From positions 3,950,490 to 4,014,489 of the forward strand of contig OZ316893.1 of assembly GCA_973895155.1 (NCBI GenBank): a DNA stretch of 64,000 nt. The letters are read 5' to 3'. Position numbers and translations under genes: made by a program. A model generated the notes under the pieces. That model did no database searches. It was not told the DNA's origin and saw only the letters and a list, made by a program, of their open reading frames with translations. Source of the stretch: Marsupella aquatica (Eukaryota > Plantae > Marchantiophyta). Numbering within the stretch: the first letter of the stretch is position 1; every line of letters starts with the position of its first letter. Shown in pieces: positions 24,386 through 38,300 of the stretch.

Positions 24386-27300
24386 ATGTACCCACAGCCT
24401 TGTGGTTCACGATTGAAGGACGTTGTAGTGATTTCCCTGGTTTTGATCGTTGGCTTGTTTGCCGTCGACAGCTTTTTGTATCCGGTTTTACCCAGCGTGC
24501 GTCAATATGCGTTTCCTTCCGCATCTTCAAGTTCGGGAGAGTCGAGTGTGGAAGAAGGCTTTCCAGACGGTGTTCTTGGCCACTGGAATCCACCGCCGGC
24601 ATTTCTGGAAGAATCGGAGGAAGAACCAGGCGTCGTTTATCGGAATGCTTTGTGGAAACCTGAAATTGGGCACTGGCTTTTGCAGTGCGGTGCAGCTCCG
24701 ATGATTTCCGTTTCTGAGGTAGGTAATTTATCTCTTGCAGATTTTTATGGGAACAATTACACAAAACCTTCTTGGTCACTGTTCAGAAACGTCGCTCTTA
24801 CTCATTTCGTCTGAAAGGTATGAGTGACAAGTTTTGCTCTTTCCAATGTTGTCGAGCTTGGTCGATCGCACCCATCCTGAATTAATCTGAAACAGCGTTT
24901 GTACAGTAACGAGTGCGACAATGGCTGCGGTGGACGGGGTGTTTGCAATCGTCATCTTGCCGAGTGCCGATGCTTTCACGGGTTTAAAGGTATGTGCAAA
25001 ATCTGCGTCTCAAACTCACATTTATTTTCTTGCCAATGTCGGCTTTTGTTGCGACTTGTTAACTGTGGTTGAATATGCACATAGTTTTGTGCAATCCGAG
25101 AGCTAGCATTAGTTCATAATTTCCTTAAAAGATGTACGCTAGATACGATGGTCATACAAGTTTCTCCACCCACTCCAGCGATATTTCTTGCACGGACGTC
25201 GTCGCTGGCTACTGGCCTCCCTTTACAGTGGTATCTTGTCACGGTTAGCTCTTCCGTTCATTGATCTTAATTGACCAATTCGTGCATGTCATGTCATGTG
25301 AGTGTCAACATTAGTTGTGACTTTTAAAAATCTCTTTACAAAAATTCAAACTCTTGTTCAGGTAGGTATCCGGAGCAGTTCCCCTAATTTTGCTTTCTAG
25401 TTACTAAGCGACCCGACTAGCAAGGTAGTTCCTGCCGTCCCCTCTTTGAGGTATTTCGCAGGGAGGTCATGGTGTATGTGGGTTGCGTGTTTCATCACAG
25501 GGAATTCAGGTGTGAAAAAAATGAATGCTAAAGTCGAGACTGCGATGTCTGGCAGGGAAGGGATGCGAACGGGAGGAAGAGTTTCCATGTACGATTGCCG
25601 AAACAGTTTGGAGGGTATCGACTTGCGGCGCTACCTGCGATAAGAAAAAGGCGTTCTGTTATTGTGGCGAGGGCACAAAGTATCCTCAACGCCCAGTTGC
25701 GGAGAGTTGCGGATTCGTTCGGAAGTAAGTTCTTGGAGATTTTCATGGTGCAAGCACGTACATCCTACCTAGGTGTCTGTTAGGGCCTTCCTACGGCATC
25801 TGGGGCACGCGCCTCCTTGCCTGAGGGGACAGAAAACTAAGAAGTAGTTGTAGTACTATCAGCTTACAATTGGCTCTGGTTGTACAGAAACGGGGCGGTG
25901 GACTGGAAGACCCCTGATCCACTGATTTTCGCCAATACCAGTGGAAAGGATGGCCGCGGGTGGTGCAACCTGGATCCTCACGTTATCAGTCCTCGGAAAA
26001 TGGACTGTTTTTGTACCTACGATGGCACTGGCGGAAGGTTTTGCGATGTGCCTGTGGAAAGTGTGTGCATCAATCAGTGTTCCGGAAATGGACAATGTCG
26101 AGGTGGATTTTGTGCCGTAAGTTCCCTGCCAACCAATGTACCTAGGAAAGCTCGATTTCGTATATAATTATGTCATTTATTGTGGCGTGCAGGAAATGAA
26201 TGAGACTGGTGTTTTACAGTGAGGCTGAAAGGCAGGGGAAGTCATCAGTCAATATGATGAGTGCATCTTTAGGGCAGACTGTGACCGATGAATCCCAACT
26301 CCCCAAGTCCTGAACCCAGGCACTACTGTAGAATCTTTTCGGTACCCCCTCGATTGAAAGGATTGTTTATAATGAAGATTGATTGATTGACAACACTGTA
26401 AGCTTAAAGTAAGAATTGACCTCCATTGCAGCACAATTAGTGTCTAAGGTATCATTACTTGACCTCCATTGCAGCACAATTAGTGTCTAAGGTGTAATTG
26501 CTTGAGCTCCATTGCAGCACAATTAGTGTTTACTTGTATCATTGCTGGACATCATTCTTCGAGTTCAGTGAGGATTAATATGTTGTTTGTAGTGCAACTG
26601 TGCAAAGGCCACGCAATGAACCTAAGTTACCTTTCCGTATTTTCCTCATAACAGGGCAGACAGAGTGGTCCTCAAGCCCTATTGTGCAAGGAATCAGCTT
26701 GGCGTTACCGTACAGATTTTGCAAGACAGAGCCTGAGTCGTCGTAAAGTCCTGTCCTGTGCACACAGAGTAGGGCAAATAAAAGAACCTTGTTCCAGGTA
26801 GTCCAGTAACATTAGAGGCAGGTTATCCTGCCTCACTAGGATAATGTGTTCTTCCGGCTTCTGTCTTTCATTTGCCTTCCACCGTCACCATGACCGTGGA
26901 CCTTTTTCTTAGTTTAGGATAGAAATTGTCGGTACCAATCACTGTTGGAAACATTACAAATGTTTGTTACTGGGCCCATCCGCGAGGAAAACCAGCACAC
27001 TAGAGAAGGTCTTGATGCCAATTACAGCAGCCATAGCCAAGTTTACTGACAATCGCATTTCGAGCTGTCGACGATTATAATAAGAACTTGCATTTTCTTC
27101 CCTAACTAAAGAATGAAAGTTGATCCCGTGGAAGTCTGTACTCCTCTGATCTCAAAGCAGTTTAAAGATCGTCGAGGCAAATATTGTGATGTACGCATAT
27201 TCACATTGTTTTCAGAGTTCCAACTGCTGAAGATTCTGCAGTAGGAATCCCATGTGTCCATGCTATGGATAAATAAACTTTTGATCGTACCCTAGGTATA

Positions 27301-30300
27301 GGAGAAACATTCAGCCAAGCCCTAGACTCTACATAAGCCATCTCCCGATGAGTATCTCTGACACCATGTCGATGGTTTTATGGCTCAAGGTTCTGTTTGA
27401 CAATGTGATCTACCGTGTGATCTACCACGCTTTGAGTCGCTCTTTCTGCATATTGTAATTTCTACGATTTGCAACCAGTTGAATTATGCTTTGACAGATA
27501 CTGTATTGATCTGTGCACGCTGCAGTGTGGTGAAGGTTGGTACGGTATTGATTGCAGTGTACCCTCGTTGCTCCAGTCTCTAAACCCTATCCAGCCCACC
27601 TGGCTTTCAGCTTCAAAGATAGACACATCTATGTCAGATTCGCCGGAGAGGAATACGGTGGAATTAACCGTGGAAAAGCTCCGACCTCTCATCTATGTCT
27701 ATGACTTGCCTGCAGAATTCAACAGCCATCTCTTGGAGGTTAGTGAATTAATATTTGAAATTTCCTTGTTAAACATTCCCTTTTGGATGTATCTCACTGA
27801 TTGAAATATCTTGGCCTGACAGATTAAATGAATCTTGGACTACACAGTAGTAAAAGTGTGACTTAGCATATGCAGAACTCAACTAATTACAGGGAGGATT
27901 ATGAATTGCAGGGACGCCACTTCAGATATTGGTGTTCAACCAGAACCTATAACGAGCAAAACATGACTGTTTGGGCCCAAGACCTGTATGGCTCAGAGGT
28001 GTTTAGTATACAGTTACTCTCCCTTAAATTGATTATTTTTAATGTCGGAATGACTTCAAATTTTGGAAGACAATCGAGCAGTTATATTCGTTGCAGATGA
28101 GAGAAATGCAGCCTTAGCCATGCTAGTGCCTTACTTGTGTCGAGCTGATCTGTGAGGGTTTTCCCGTAATAATTATATAAGGATGGCTGATATTAAGCTA
28201 ACTTGATGCATGTCGTTCCTACCTGCTACAGCCTGCATTGCTGGAGAGTTTGTTGGCCAGCCCACACCGAACTACTAACGCTGAGGAAGCGGACTACTTT
28301 TACGTCCCAACTTTTGAAGCTTGTGCTCGCTTCCAAGCTGATTCAGCTCCGCACACAGATATGCAGGTTTATCCTCTCTAAAGTTTGGAATTGACATATT
28401 TCTGTGAGAACTCTACTCTGTCATTTATGGATAATTTTGCTCGGATTTATATACACCGGAGAGGTTATGACATTTGACTGAATGCACTCTTTAACGGTTG
28501 TGTATTCATATGAGCTGTCTTGTAGGAGAAGTATCTAGGACTAAGAGGCTATTACTCAGGGGCGTTCCACAAGAGAGCTTATGAGCATATCCAGGAAAGA
28601 TATCCTTATTGGAATCGCTCAGGCGGTAAAGACCACATTTGGGTGAGATCCACTTCTACAAACGTTGACAAACTTATTAAGAAAATGTTAACAAAAACTT
28701 ATTAAGAAAACTGAAACAAAAACTAACTGAACACTGCGACATAGGTTCATTCCAGTATTTTGTTCTGCCGTATGTTAAGTTCTATAATGGAATGAAAAGG
28801 TTGTTTGGGAGCTGAAAAGCACCATTAAGTATTCGAGTTTTGGAATCGAATCCTTCTTAATTTGCTTTCTAAATTATATTGATCATCACGCTGGTCCTGC
28901 TTTGCACGGTTTGCTCATTGGGTCAGTTCTGGATTACAGTTATTCGCTTGGGATGAAGGTGCCTGCTCTGCCCCAAAGGAGATTTGGGGTAGCATCATGC
29001 TTGTGCACTGGGGCAACACGCAGTCCAAACATAAGTACTCGACCTCAGCATACGACAGCGATAGATGGGATCACATTCCGACGGACTGGAGGGGCAATCA
29101 TCCGTGCTATGATCCATCCAAGGACATCGTGCTTCCGGCTTGGAAGGTGCCTGATGCAGATATCATAAGGCAGAAGCTCTGGGCCAGGTTTGTGCGCACT
29201 GTAACCATTGTCCATTAAATCCTTAATGTTCTCATACTCTGGAACGCAATTATACTCTAGGCTCAAGTATGTGTATGGGGAATTGGATTCTTGCAAGAAT
29301 TGAATCACATAATTTTCTGTGAGGTACAAAGGAGAATGTCGTGCTTTTAGTACGAAATTTCCTAGAATGTATTCGAATTTGAGTTGATGTCAATGATAGA
29401 TCGTTATTGACATTCAAGTAAGACGGAATTACTTTGTCGTGATGAAGATTTCTGTACTCCATGCTTGTTCCTAACTTAGTATTACAAATGAATTGTATGC
29501 CGAAGAAGGGCTATTGCCGTGACTGGTCCGGCAGAGCAACGGGTGTCTTTGCCCATCAGATGAGGAAGCTACTAACCCACATCGTTGGCTGTTCGTTCGA
29601 TTGATTCGTGTAGGCCAAGAGAAGACCGCACGACTTTATTTTACTTCAATGGCAATCTCGGTAAGATGTATGGTGGGCGACCAGAGGAAGGGTGAGTCAT
29701 GAATAACCATGTATTTTGATTCCAAAGTGACTATTTCTTCAGTATATAAGTTCATTTTGTGGAAAACCTCGTCTGCTCTCTTGGAGGCCCCGGCTTAACT
29801 TTTGCTAACAACGAGTCGGGCGGAAGATTAGATTTCGGCTCAGAGACACCCAGCATTGAATTCTCGGTATGTGGAAAGCAGCCACACCTTCATGAACGAT
29901 GATGTTTAGCCTGGATCTCTATGTTTTTAGATATAGCATGGGACTTCGACAGAGGCTTGCAGAAGAATTTGGCTCGATTCCCAACTTAGATGGCCAGCTA
30001 GGTCGACAATCAGCTCCTGATGTGACTGTCATCAGTCAACGTAGTTTCCAATATGGCCTTGAACTTTCACAGTCGCGATTCTGCGGGGTATTTCCTGGAG
30101 ATGGATGGAGCAGCCGCATTGAGGACAGTATCTTGCATGGCTGCATCCCCGTAATCGTCCAGGTAAAAATCTAGGGAACACCTTGGATGAGCATCCTTGT
30201 CTCGTTGACAAATCTTTCTTTGAATTCTGCTCATAATCTGCCCTAGTTAGAATGTTCGATGAACTAATTTTGGAGTACCAAATGCTTCTATCTAATTGGG

Positions 30301-31534
30301 GAGTATCAAACCATCCACTACCGGTACTGTATAGAGGTGCCTGACAAACTGCTCGGCATGTCCGGTGCGTGTAGGATGGAATACACCTGCCTTTCGAAAA
30401 TGTGCTCGATTACAATGCGTTTACCGTACGCATCGCTGAAAATGAGCTGGCAGACATGGTGCGCATCTTGCGGGTATGGTTATTGCCGCCACATACATAC
30501 CTGGTCATGATTGCAATTTCTATAATGATTACGCACTGGCTCACTGCCTCTTCGCTGTCGAGAAAGATATGAACATGAATGATTTAAACATGTATTCTGC
30601 TCACGTTTTGATATAGTCTTCAATTACAATAAAAAAGTTCATTGATTCGGATTGAAGCGAACGACTGTAAACGGGAAGCTAATTCATTCCATCAAAAGTG
30701 GTAACGATGTAGTGGGTGTCATTATACGGATGGAACCTATGGATTTCTAGAAAGTGATCGTGTGGCCAGTGTTTAATGTGGATTTCACTTCCACGTTCGT
30801 TGTGTACATCGCCTGAAGGTTACGAACAGAAGTCATGACAAATGTTACAACATTCTCTTTATCTGGAAGGATCCGGTGACATGTTTTAGTCAAATCTGAT
30901 TTAAATGCAACTCAATGCAACTCTCACCTTGGATTTTTTCCCAGACATAAAGACCTTCGCTGTTCATAGATTCTATGCTATGGTCAGTTTGATTAAAAAT
31001 TGGGCATGGCTTGTTTGTGAATATAGGGAATAAACGAGACTCGGATAGATTTTATGTTGTCAGCTGTTCAACAGATGTGGCAGAGATTCACATATCACAA
31101 CGTTGTGAAACTAGAAGCGGAGAGACAGAAGCTTCGGAACAAAATTGAAGCAGAATGGGCAACCCAATACAACAAACTGGTCGACGATGATGCCTTCGCG
31201 ACTGTCATCCAGGTAGTCTAATTATTGTGGTTCTTTCTACCTGAGAGATACAGTCGCATTGTATGTAGGTGGTACTATTTACTGCTCTAAACAACAAAGA
31301 AGGTTGGTACTTGATTACGTTTTGCAAAATTCATGTAAATACACGTATGAGAATGAACCTGTTGTAGTCTATTGTTGAATGTGTTATCTATCTATTGCAA
31401 GATGATGAATTTTACCTTGGTTCATGGTTTGGCAGGTATTGCACTTCAAACTTAGGAATAGATCTTGGCGAACAACTTCGACGGAAGTCTCAATTGGCAG
31501 CAGTGACGCCAGGGACCATTGTGGCAACCGGTAG
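24386..31534 (+). CDS. Exostosin-family glycosyltransferase (GT47) with N-terminal anchor and EGF-like Cys-rich domains, At3g57630-like; 14 exons, ~772 aa
   Basis: GT-AG exons 24386-24718, 24896-24989, 25556-25724, 25888-26116, 27526-27738, 27912-27998, 28232-28366, 28526-28642, 28940-29187, 29614-29691, 29931-30162, 30375-30473, 31027-31212 and 31436-31534 join into one 2319-nt ORF. Motifs include VVYRNALWKPEIG, CGEGTKYPQRPV, CINQCSGNGQCRGGFC, RPLIYVYDLP, EEADYFYVP, YPYWNRSGGKDHIW, FCGVFPGDGWSSRIEDSILHGCIPVIVQ. Confidence 0.95.
26416..26530. repeat. ~43-bp intronic tandem repeat x3
   Basis: ttgacctccattgcagcacaattagtgtctaaggt repeated three times in intron 4 of the GT47 gene. Confidence 0.85.
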
Positions 31535-34469
31535 CTTCCTCCAAGGCCAGACCATGGAACCGCTGTTGTAAATTACAAAGCTAGAGATGCGAGATTCTTT
31601 GTATCGATATCTATAAGAACATGGTCGGCCTTTGTTTTTGTACAGATCAGTCTTTTTCCAGGTTTCCTCGAGCTTAGGGCAACCATACACGTAGAAGGAA
31701 GAGTTTAATCAATGCCAAATGATTTGGCAATAGAGACAGACTCAGAGACAAGGGTTCGATCAAAAGCTGGCGCGCTGGACTTCTACTGCATTCGACTTTG
31801 TATAGATTAAAATTGAGATGATTCCCATGGTGGTGCAATCAGATGCATTGTACTTGCATTTTTGGCCCATCTGTTCAAATAAGGTTTTTTGGAAAATGCG
31901 ACTATCAGACCATGGTATAAATATGCAGGGAAAACGGGTAGGTTTGGGACCTTGGATTCTAAGTTGCAGTACTTTTCCTTCCTTCTGGATGGATAGTTGA
32001 AAGTGTGAGCAGAATTTCTGTACTTGTTATCAACTAAATGTGTTGTCTGAAAGGTCGTATGAAAAACTGACGTGCCATTAAACCCCTCTTGAGATATTCT
32101 CGTATGTAAATGCCCAAAAGCTTTAAACACGTTAGAACGTATGTTTTCTTCAACCAGTCTCTGAATGCTAGACTTATGGACACTATAGCAGTCTCCTCGT
32201 GACGTCAAGTCCGAACCCGGCCATCGCTAAGTCCTCTCAACCCCAATTCTTGCCCCATTGGCATTCCCTTACCACTCGTTCACTGGTGTTTACAGCCAAG
32301 GACTTTGGAATCTGATAAGCATGCAAGTGTCAACCTGTCCTGTAGGCCACTGCAAAACATTCGATCTCCAATTTTTAAATCTTGGCCATGGGAGCTATCC
32401 TGGCATCTCAGCTTGAAGGTTTGATGGAGACTCCATTTGAGCTTATGACACTATTTAATGTGCTTTTTTAATGGGATGTGAGAAGTCGTTCACCTAGAGC
32501 GATTTGTACCTACTCATGATAACCCATGTTCACGCATTGCAATAACTGCACATCACCATATCCATAGAAGGAATAGCATTCAATGATAAAAACGAGCATG
32601 TTTGTCATGGTATGGAAAATATGTTCAGCTTGTGGGCACGCGCATGTCCAACAGTTAACCACATGTTGTTACTATTTGATGTGCATTTACCAGAACCTTG
32701 TCTTCACCATTAAAGAACTGTCATCTTGTCAGTTTTGAGGCCTTGACCTCGGTAATTCATCGTCACAAGTATTTTGAAATTAATAGTATTTTAAGTTTTA
32801 GTCTATGTTGGAAAATCATTCCTTTGTGTGTAGGTCCATGTGAAATTGGATGGCAAGTTTTTTTTTATCATTTTTAAACCTTTCAGATCACCCCTTCAGA
32901 CTATTCGTAGAACTTTTCCTTATTGGAAAAGTTTGTTATTTTCTCCTGTAGTAAACTAAGAGGACAGTTATTCTATCTTAATGAGCTGAATTAAATGAAT
33001 CAATGTTCTTCGTTCTTACTGATGACAATGATATAAAGTTACATTCATTAATGTTTAAGTTGCAAAAGCAACAGTAAGCGTTGTCCATGGAACTAGTATC
33101 AATTAACTCTGCCTGCACCTAAAAGTCACAATTAATGCCGAGTGAACAGCTGAGGAGTTGTCTTCCTAGCAGAGCCAATTGAATATCTATTTTCATTTTT
33201 TGTCGTTGCACGACATAATATTGGAAATTGGACATTGTGATTGAATATTCATTTTGTGTTTGAATTTTGTATTTTTTGTATTCAATGTGAAAACAGTTTA
33301 GGGTCAAAACTTAAACACGTCCAAGGCATTAGAGTTCAAGTGTCTTTTTGTCACATGACCCAACAGTTTTCATTTTCAAACATGAGGCCATGGCGCTCTG
33401 TGTAGGGCAAGACTTACGTGAATAATTATTTTTAAAATCTTAACAGAACTTCAAACGTATCATAGTGGTGTGCATGGTCATCGGGAACAACCTTGGAAAG
33501 GAAAGTCATGATGCTATCATGTGTTATTCTTATCTAATTTCAATTCAATCATTGATGTGACATGAAAATTCTCTCAATTGATTACCTACAGTAGATTGCA
33601 GGCACATTCATTCAATCCAAGCCAATATATGCCATGAGTTGCTATTTTCATCCAATGCTTACACTATTTGAGCTGATATCCAAATTGGTTTGTGTACCTT
33701 TACTTTAATGGAGAGGTATAGTCAAGGGACTCCAAATGCAACTTTGTCTCTTAAGGGACCAAAAGATGAATATTTTTCCCAATGGACCTCCGGGCACACC
33801 AAAGGTACCATTTAGTGCCAGACATTCTATAACCCAGTTTTAAGTTCTTATGAGGTGAGAAAGTCACTATAAAACACAGGATTGTTGTTGAGTGTCTCAT
33901 TGCCTTGCCAAATCGTTTGACTACAACCGCAATGTCAAGTGAATCGTTTGTCGTGCCGTTGCGAGAGCACAATGCAAAGCGTTGGAGTTTGAACTTGGAT
34001 ACATTGAACTCAATATATACACATAGTTAAAGGGCTAGAGTTTAGGGAAAACCGCAGCTTAGGCGTGTAAAATCAAAATGAACACATGCATCTTAAAGAA
34101 AATAAAATACATTATGCAAAATATATTAAGTCTAAGATCCGCCAAATTGCAAACATAAACTTGGACTGGCCCAATGATAATTTCTGGCCGCTCCTTTATT
34201 ATAGTTTGCATATCTTAAAGGGTAGCCATAGGTGAGAACACGAGCAAGAACACAAGTAGGAAAAACAAGAACAAGCGACACTGACAATAAAATGTTGAGA
34301 AATGAAAATAAGCGCAATGTGAGCAAAACAGGTTTCATAAAAGAAGGGCACATTTGAATTTGAATTTTTATTAACTTTTTTATATAATATTCATATTGTC
34401 TTCAAAAAACCAATGAGTTTGGGATGATATGGTGCTTGCATGCTTCAATGCAGCCGTAAACTCTTTCTT

Positions 34470-34740
34470 TGTAGTTTGGATACAATAGCCACAATGTATT
34501 CAACCAAGTTGGGAGGTGGCGCTATAAGCTTTGGTACTCCGATGCGGTCGTTAGATCTTTCATTAATTTGTAGTTTGAATACATTAACCACAATGTATTT
34601 GACCAAGTTGGGAGGCCTCGCTCCTATGCTTGGGTGCTCCAATTCAATATAAGATCCTTCATTTCTAGTTTGAATACAATAGTCACAGTATATCCAAACA
34701 AGCAAGGAGGCCATTGTGCTTTGGCACTCGGGTGCTTCAT
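34470..34740. repeat. Degenerate ~97-bp tandem repeat x3
   Basis: tagtttg.ataca.ta.ccaca.tgtatt..accaagttgggagg recurs at ~34472, ~34571 and ~34666. Confidence 0.7.
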
Positions 34741-34942
34741 TTTGGCCAGGGGCTACAACTTTTGTTGTTCACACACTACACATTTATCTTTTGATCTTAC
34801 TATTAATACTTGACTAATCACAGTGTTAACAGATTACATAGTAAGCCTGAACTATGTGGTAAATACTTTCACAAGACTGAACATTGTTGTATGGAGACCG
34901 TGGGCCAAGAGATCCACGACTAGGAGAGAATCTAAAACTTTG

Positions 34943-35343
34943 AGTCCCAAAACTCAACTACCCTACCACTTACCTCCGGAACGGCCATCCATTGGAGACT
35001 AACTATGGGGAGACTAGACAATGGGCAATGAAGCATTGCATTAGTAAAGGCAATGCACTAAGCTGGTGGCGCACGCTAAGGACTTAGAGTAGCATTGGGA
35101 GGTGTTTGGGTATGGGAAGGGCCAAGCTTAGGTTGGACTGGTCAGACCCTTGCTTTGAGTTTTGAGAGCTTGAGTGGGAGCTCCTCTTGGGCCCAAAGCC
35201 AAAGAACTTTACTTTATGCGCAACAGACACTTTATGCGCAGGTCTATCCTTCAGGGACCCTCGACTGACAACTGGTTTCGAGACCTTGAGCATGAGCACT
35301 AGGTCAGCCTGATCATACTGGGCTAATTTACTTCACTTATGGG
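34943..35343 (+). mobile_element. Diverged, truncated LTR fragment of the same gypsy family
   Basis: Collinear with the first ~460 bp of the LTR at 9905/17061 (ggccatcc, atggggagact, ctaaggactt, gctttgagttttgag, gagctcctcttgggccca, catgagcact). It also begins AGTC. Confidence 0.8.
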
Positions 35344-38300
35344 ACGAAGGGGGGGGGGGGGGTCACTTCCACAAATGTTGACATCATGTGAAAACAAAGT
35401 AATTAAAGGGCATTTTACTCATTTTAGGGAAATACTTAGAAGTAGCGAGGAGGGGTTAACAATCCAAGCAGAGTTACTTTCATCACATGATTCATTGCTT
35501 GCCATGTGTCAATAAATGATTGGTGGGTTTCTTGAGCTTCCTATTCCTTTTAGTGAGAGTGGTTAAATAAGGCCATTCGCAAAGGGTAGACAACAACTTC
35601 ATAAGGTGAAGCTCCCGAGGTCCATGCAATCGGGTATATTGGAGTCCAGGTCAAGGGCTAAACATAGGCAACTAAAATAGAGGTATTGATCCTGTGACCA
35701 AAATGTTGCAGACAAGGTCATGGACCAAAAATATTTATGTTGTTTCCAACAAAAGGTGATCATCAGTAATTAGGGCAGTTAGTGCACCACTGTCCGCACC
35801 AAATGTTCTTTGCACAATATGTGTTGGTGCTGTTCAAGAATTGTTTTGCGCCCTTAAGAATATCAGCAACCATTTAAAAAATTGTTGGCACACATTTGAC
35901 TAAGGGAGCCTGTTGATACCTATCTCAAATCTGAAACCTTGTGGATTAAGTTGGCCAGAAAGTTGTGTTTTGGTCTAGGTTAGAGACATAGATCTCTTAG
36001 AACAGCTGACCACAAAAGCTGACCACAAAAAACAGGGAGAGGAGAATGGGTGTCTCAATCCTTCAGGTCCAGGTCCGCAAAAAAAACTTGTCCTGAAATT
36101 ATCAGGTTAGGTTTGCAAGCACCAATATGTGGACAAACATTTTCATATTGACCACTTTATTTCCAGGAAATTGCCCTTAACAGCAGCACAGCAGGAGGCA
36201 GAATGAAGAAGATTGATACGCCCTAATGCAATCAAGTCCACTCCACTCCACTCCACTCTGGAAGCATGAACTTCTAGTTGTAACGACTGCATTGAACAGA
36301 CATTACACTTGGACCAGGTAGAGCAGGATGTCGGATCTTGCGCTGCGGGCGGTCCCTTCTGCAATGAAGATGGTTGTTTATTATTGTAGCCCCTCGGAGC
36401 GTGCGTGTGTGTTACATGTGATTTTGTTGAAGAAAGGACGGATTTCTGAACCTGACGAACTGACTGACTGTTCAATGGGCGTGGCATGGAATGACCTGCC
36501 TCCTGCTGCAGTAGCAGTACCGCCGGTTCGTCTTGTTCATGCCTAATGAATGAAATCCCCAAATCTCTTGGCGCTAATACCCGATCAGAGAGGTCCTGGA
36601 CCCAAATGCTCAATCAGTATATCACCCAACGATCCAACAGTAAGTTAAACGGAAGAGAGTAGTTTAGGGTATGAGCTATGAAGATGTTAATGGCATCGAT
36701 GGACAGACTGATGAGGATCGAAATGCTTTTAATGTAATGCGAGGTTTGCAATTTTGAATGTACAGTACAGTACTCTTCGGGAAGTAAGTGAAATGACATC
36801 GATCGACAGAACTGATGATAGAAAGTAATGTTTTTATTAATGTAATGGGAGGGCAATATTTCCGGTTGCGAGGTAAATGTACTCGCCGTTGGGATTCATT
36901 AGGGGCCTGGAGGCGTACGAGTGTGCTACTGTGCTACAGGAAGGCCGGAGGATTCAGTAGGATCTTGGAAATTGATTCGAGAGACTACGTCGACGTGTAC
37001 GGGAAAAGTGGGAGGGAGAGGCTCAGAGGTGGTCATGGCCGAGTGATTACTCTCTAGTAACGGGTACATGTCCAGCTTGTCGAGGCCAATAATGAGCTCC
37101 AGCGCAGTCTGAACGCACCAGGGAGACTGCCCATGTGGATTGCTCCTGTGGCTGACTGATGAATGCACGACTCAGGCTTACGTTCGGAGCTTACGTTCGG
37201 AGGCTCTGGTGTCGGATTATTAGGTATATAGATCTTGCCTCCATTACACGAAGTGCATGGCCACCACTTTCTGTCTATTGATCATCGTCGACTTGAGAGT
37301 ATCACCTCCAGTCTGATCGAGGAGAAGATGGTGTGCGTGTGGTCGATCGATGGTGAGCTAGCTAAATCGTCTTGTACACCCCCGATTTTATCTTCGCGCT
37401 GCGATTTGAGTCCCGGACAAGACCTTGGCATTTTTCACGGCAGTCCTCGCTACTGGATCCTCGGAGTCCGACTCTCCCTTGACATCGTGGTCGAGAAGAA
37501 GTGGTAAGATCTGATGACGATGTCGCTGGAATGATCTTTTCTCGGATTGATTGGATACCTGGCTTTCTCTTGAAGGGAGAGGGAGGAACTCTTGGCCTTC
37601 TACGTTGATGACTCCCTCATCCAGCTGGCCGCGTCGGAGTCGTTCCAGGTGAGCAGGCATGGCCTAGGCTTACAGAAAGGGAAAAATTCGTTGCTTCTGA
37701 TCTTTAGCGGTCCTCGATCCAGTCAAGAATCGCGGCCTAATTCAGATACGTACATGCAATGTTTTACGGTGAAGATGCCAGGCCTAGTCGACAAGAGTCA
37801 TTTCTTGGCAGGGATAAGAAGGAAAGCATCTTGTCGATTAGGCCTGGAATCTTCAGAGCAAAGGGCACAGATCACGCGGCACCCACCAGAGGCACTCTCA
37901 TCATATAATACCCACTTAGTGTAAAGAAGGTAGAAGGACGTTCAATGTTTTCGTTTGATTCTTCGAACTGCGCCACAGAACTTTCGTCTAGGAAGCTGTT
38001 CGCTGGATAAATTGATATTCCATACTTGTAGTGCGAAAGATTAGTTCGTATTAGCCAGTTCTTCATCAAGTGGAAGCTGTACAAATTCATTATTCCATTT
38101 TTTACTCTTTGCTGATAAACAGGATTTGAATCTCTTAAAATCATCCATTTGAGTCTGAGGTGTCTCGATTCGAAATTTGCGAAACAGGTCTACCTACGAC
38201 GATTGAACATTGTCTCAAATTCTCATGAATCCCACTTCCGTATTGTTAGTTGTCTCCGGTGTCATTCTTTTTCCAGCCGATTGGTGGCGAAACAAATGGG

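Noticed and set aside
24719-24814. ORF-track extension of the first GT47 exon
   Set aside because: Homology and frame continuity support a donor at 24718/24719; the rest is intron.
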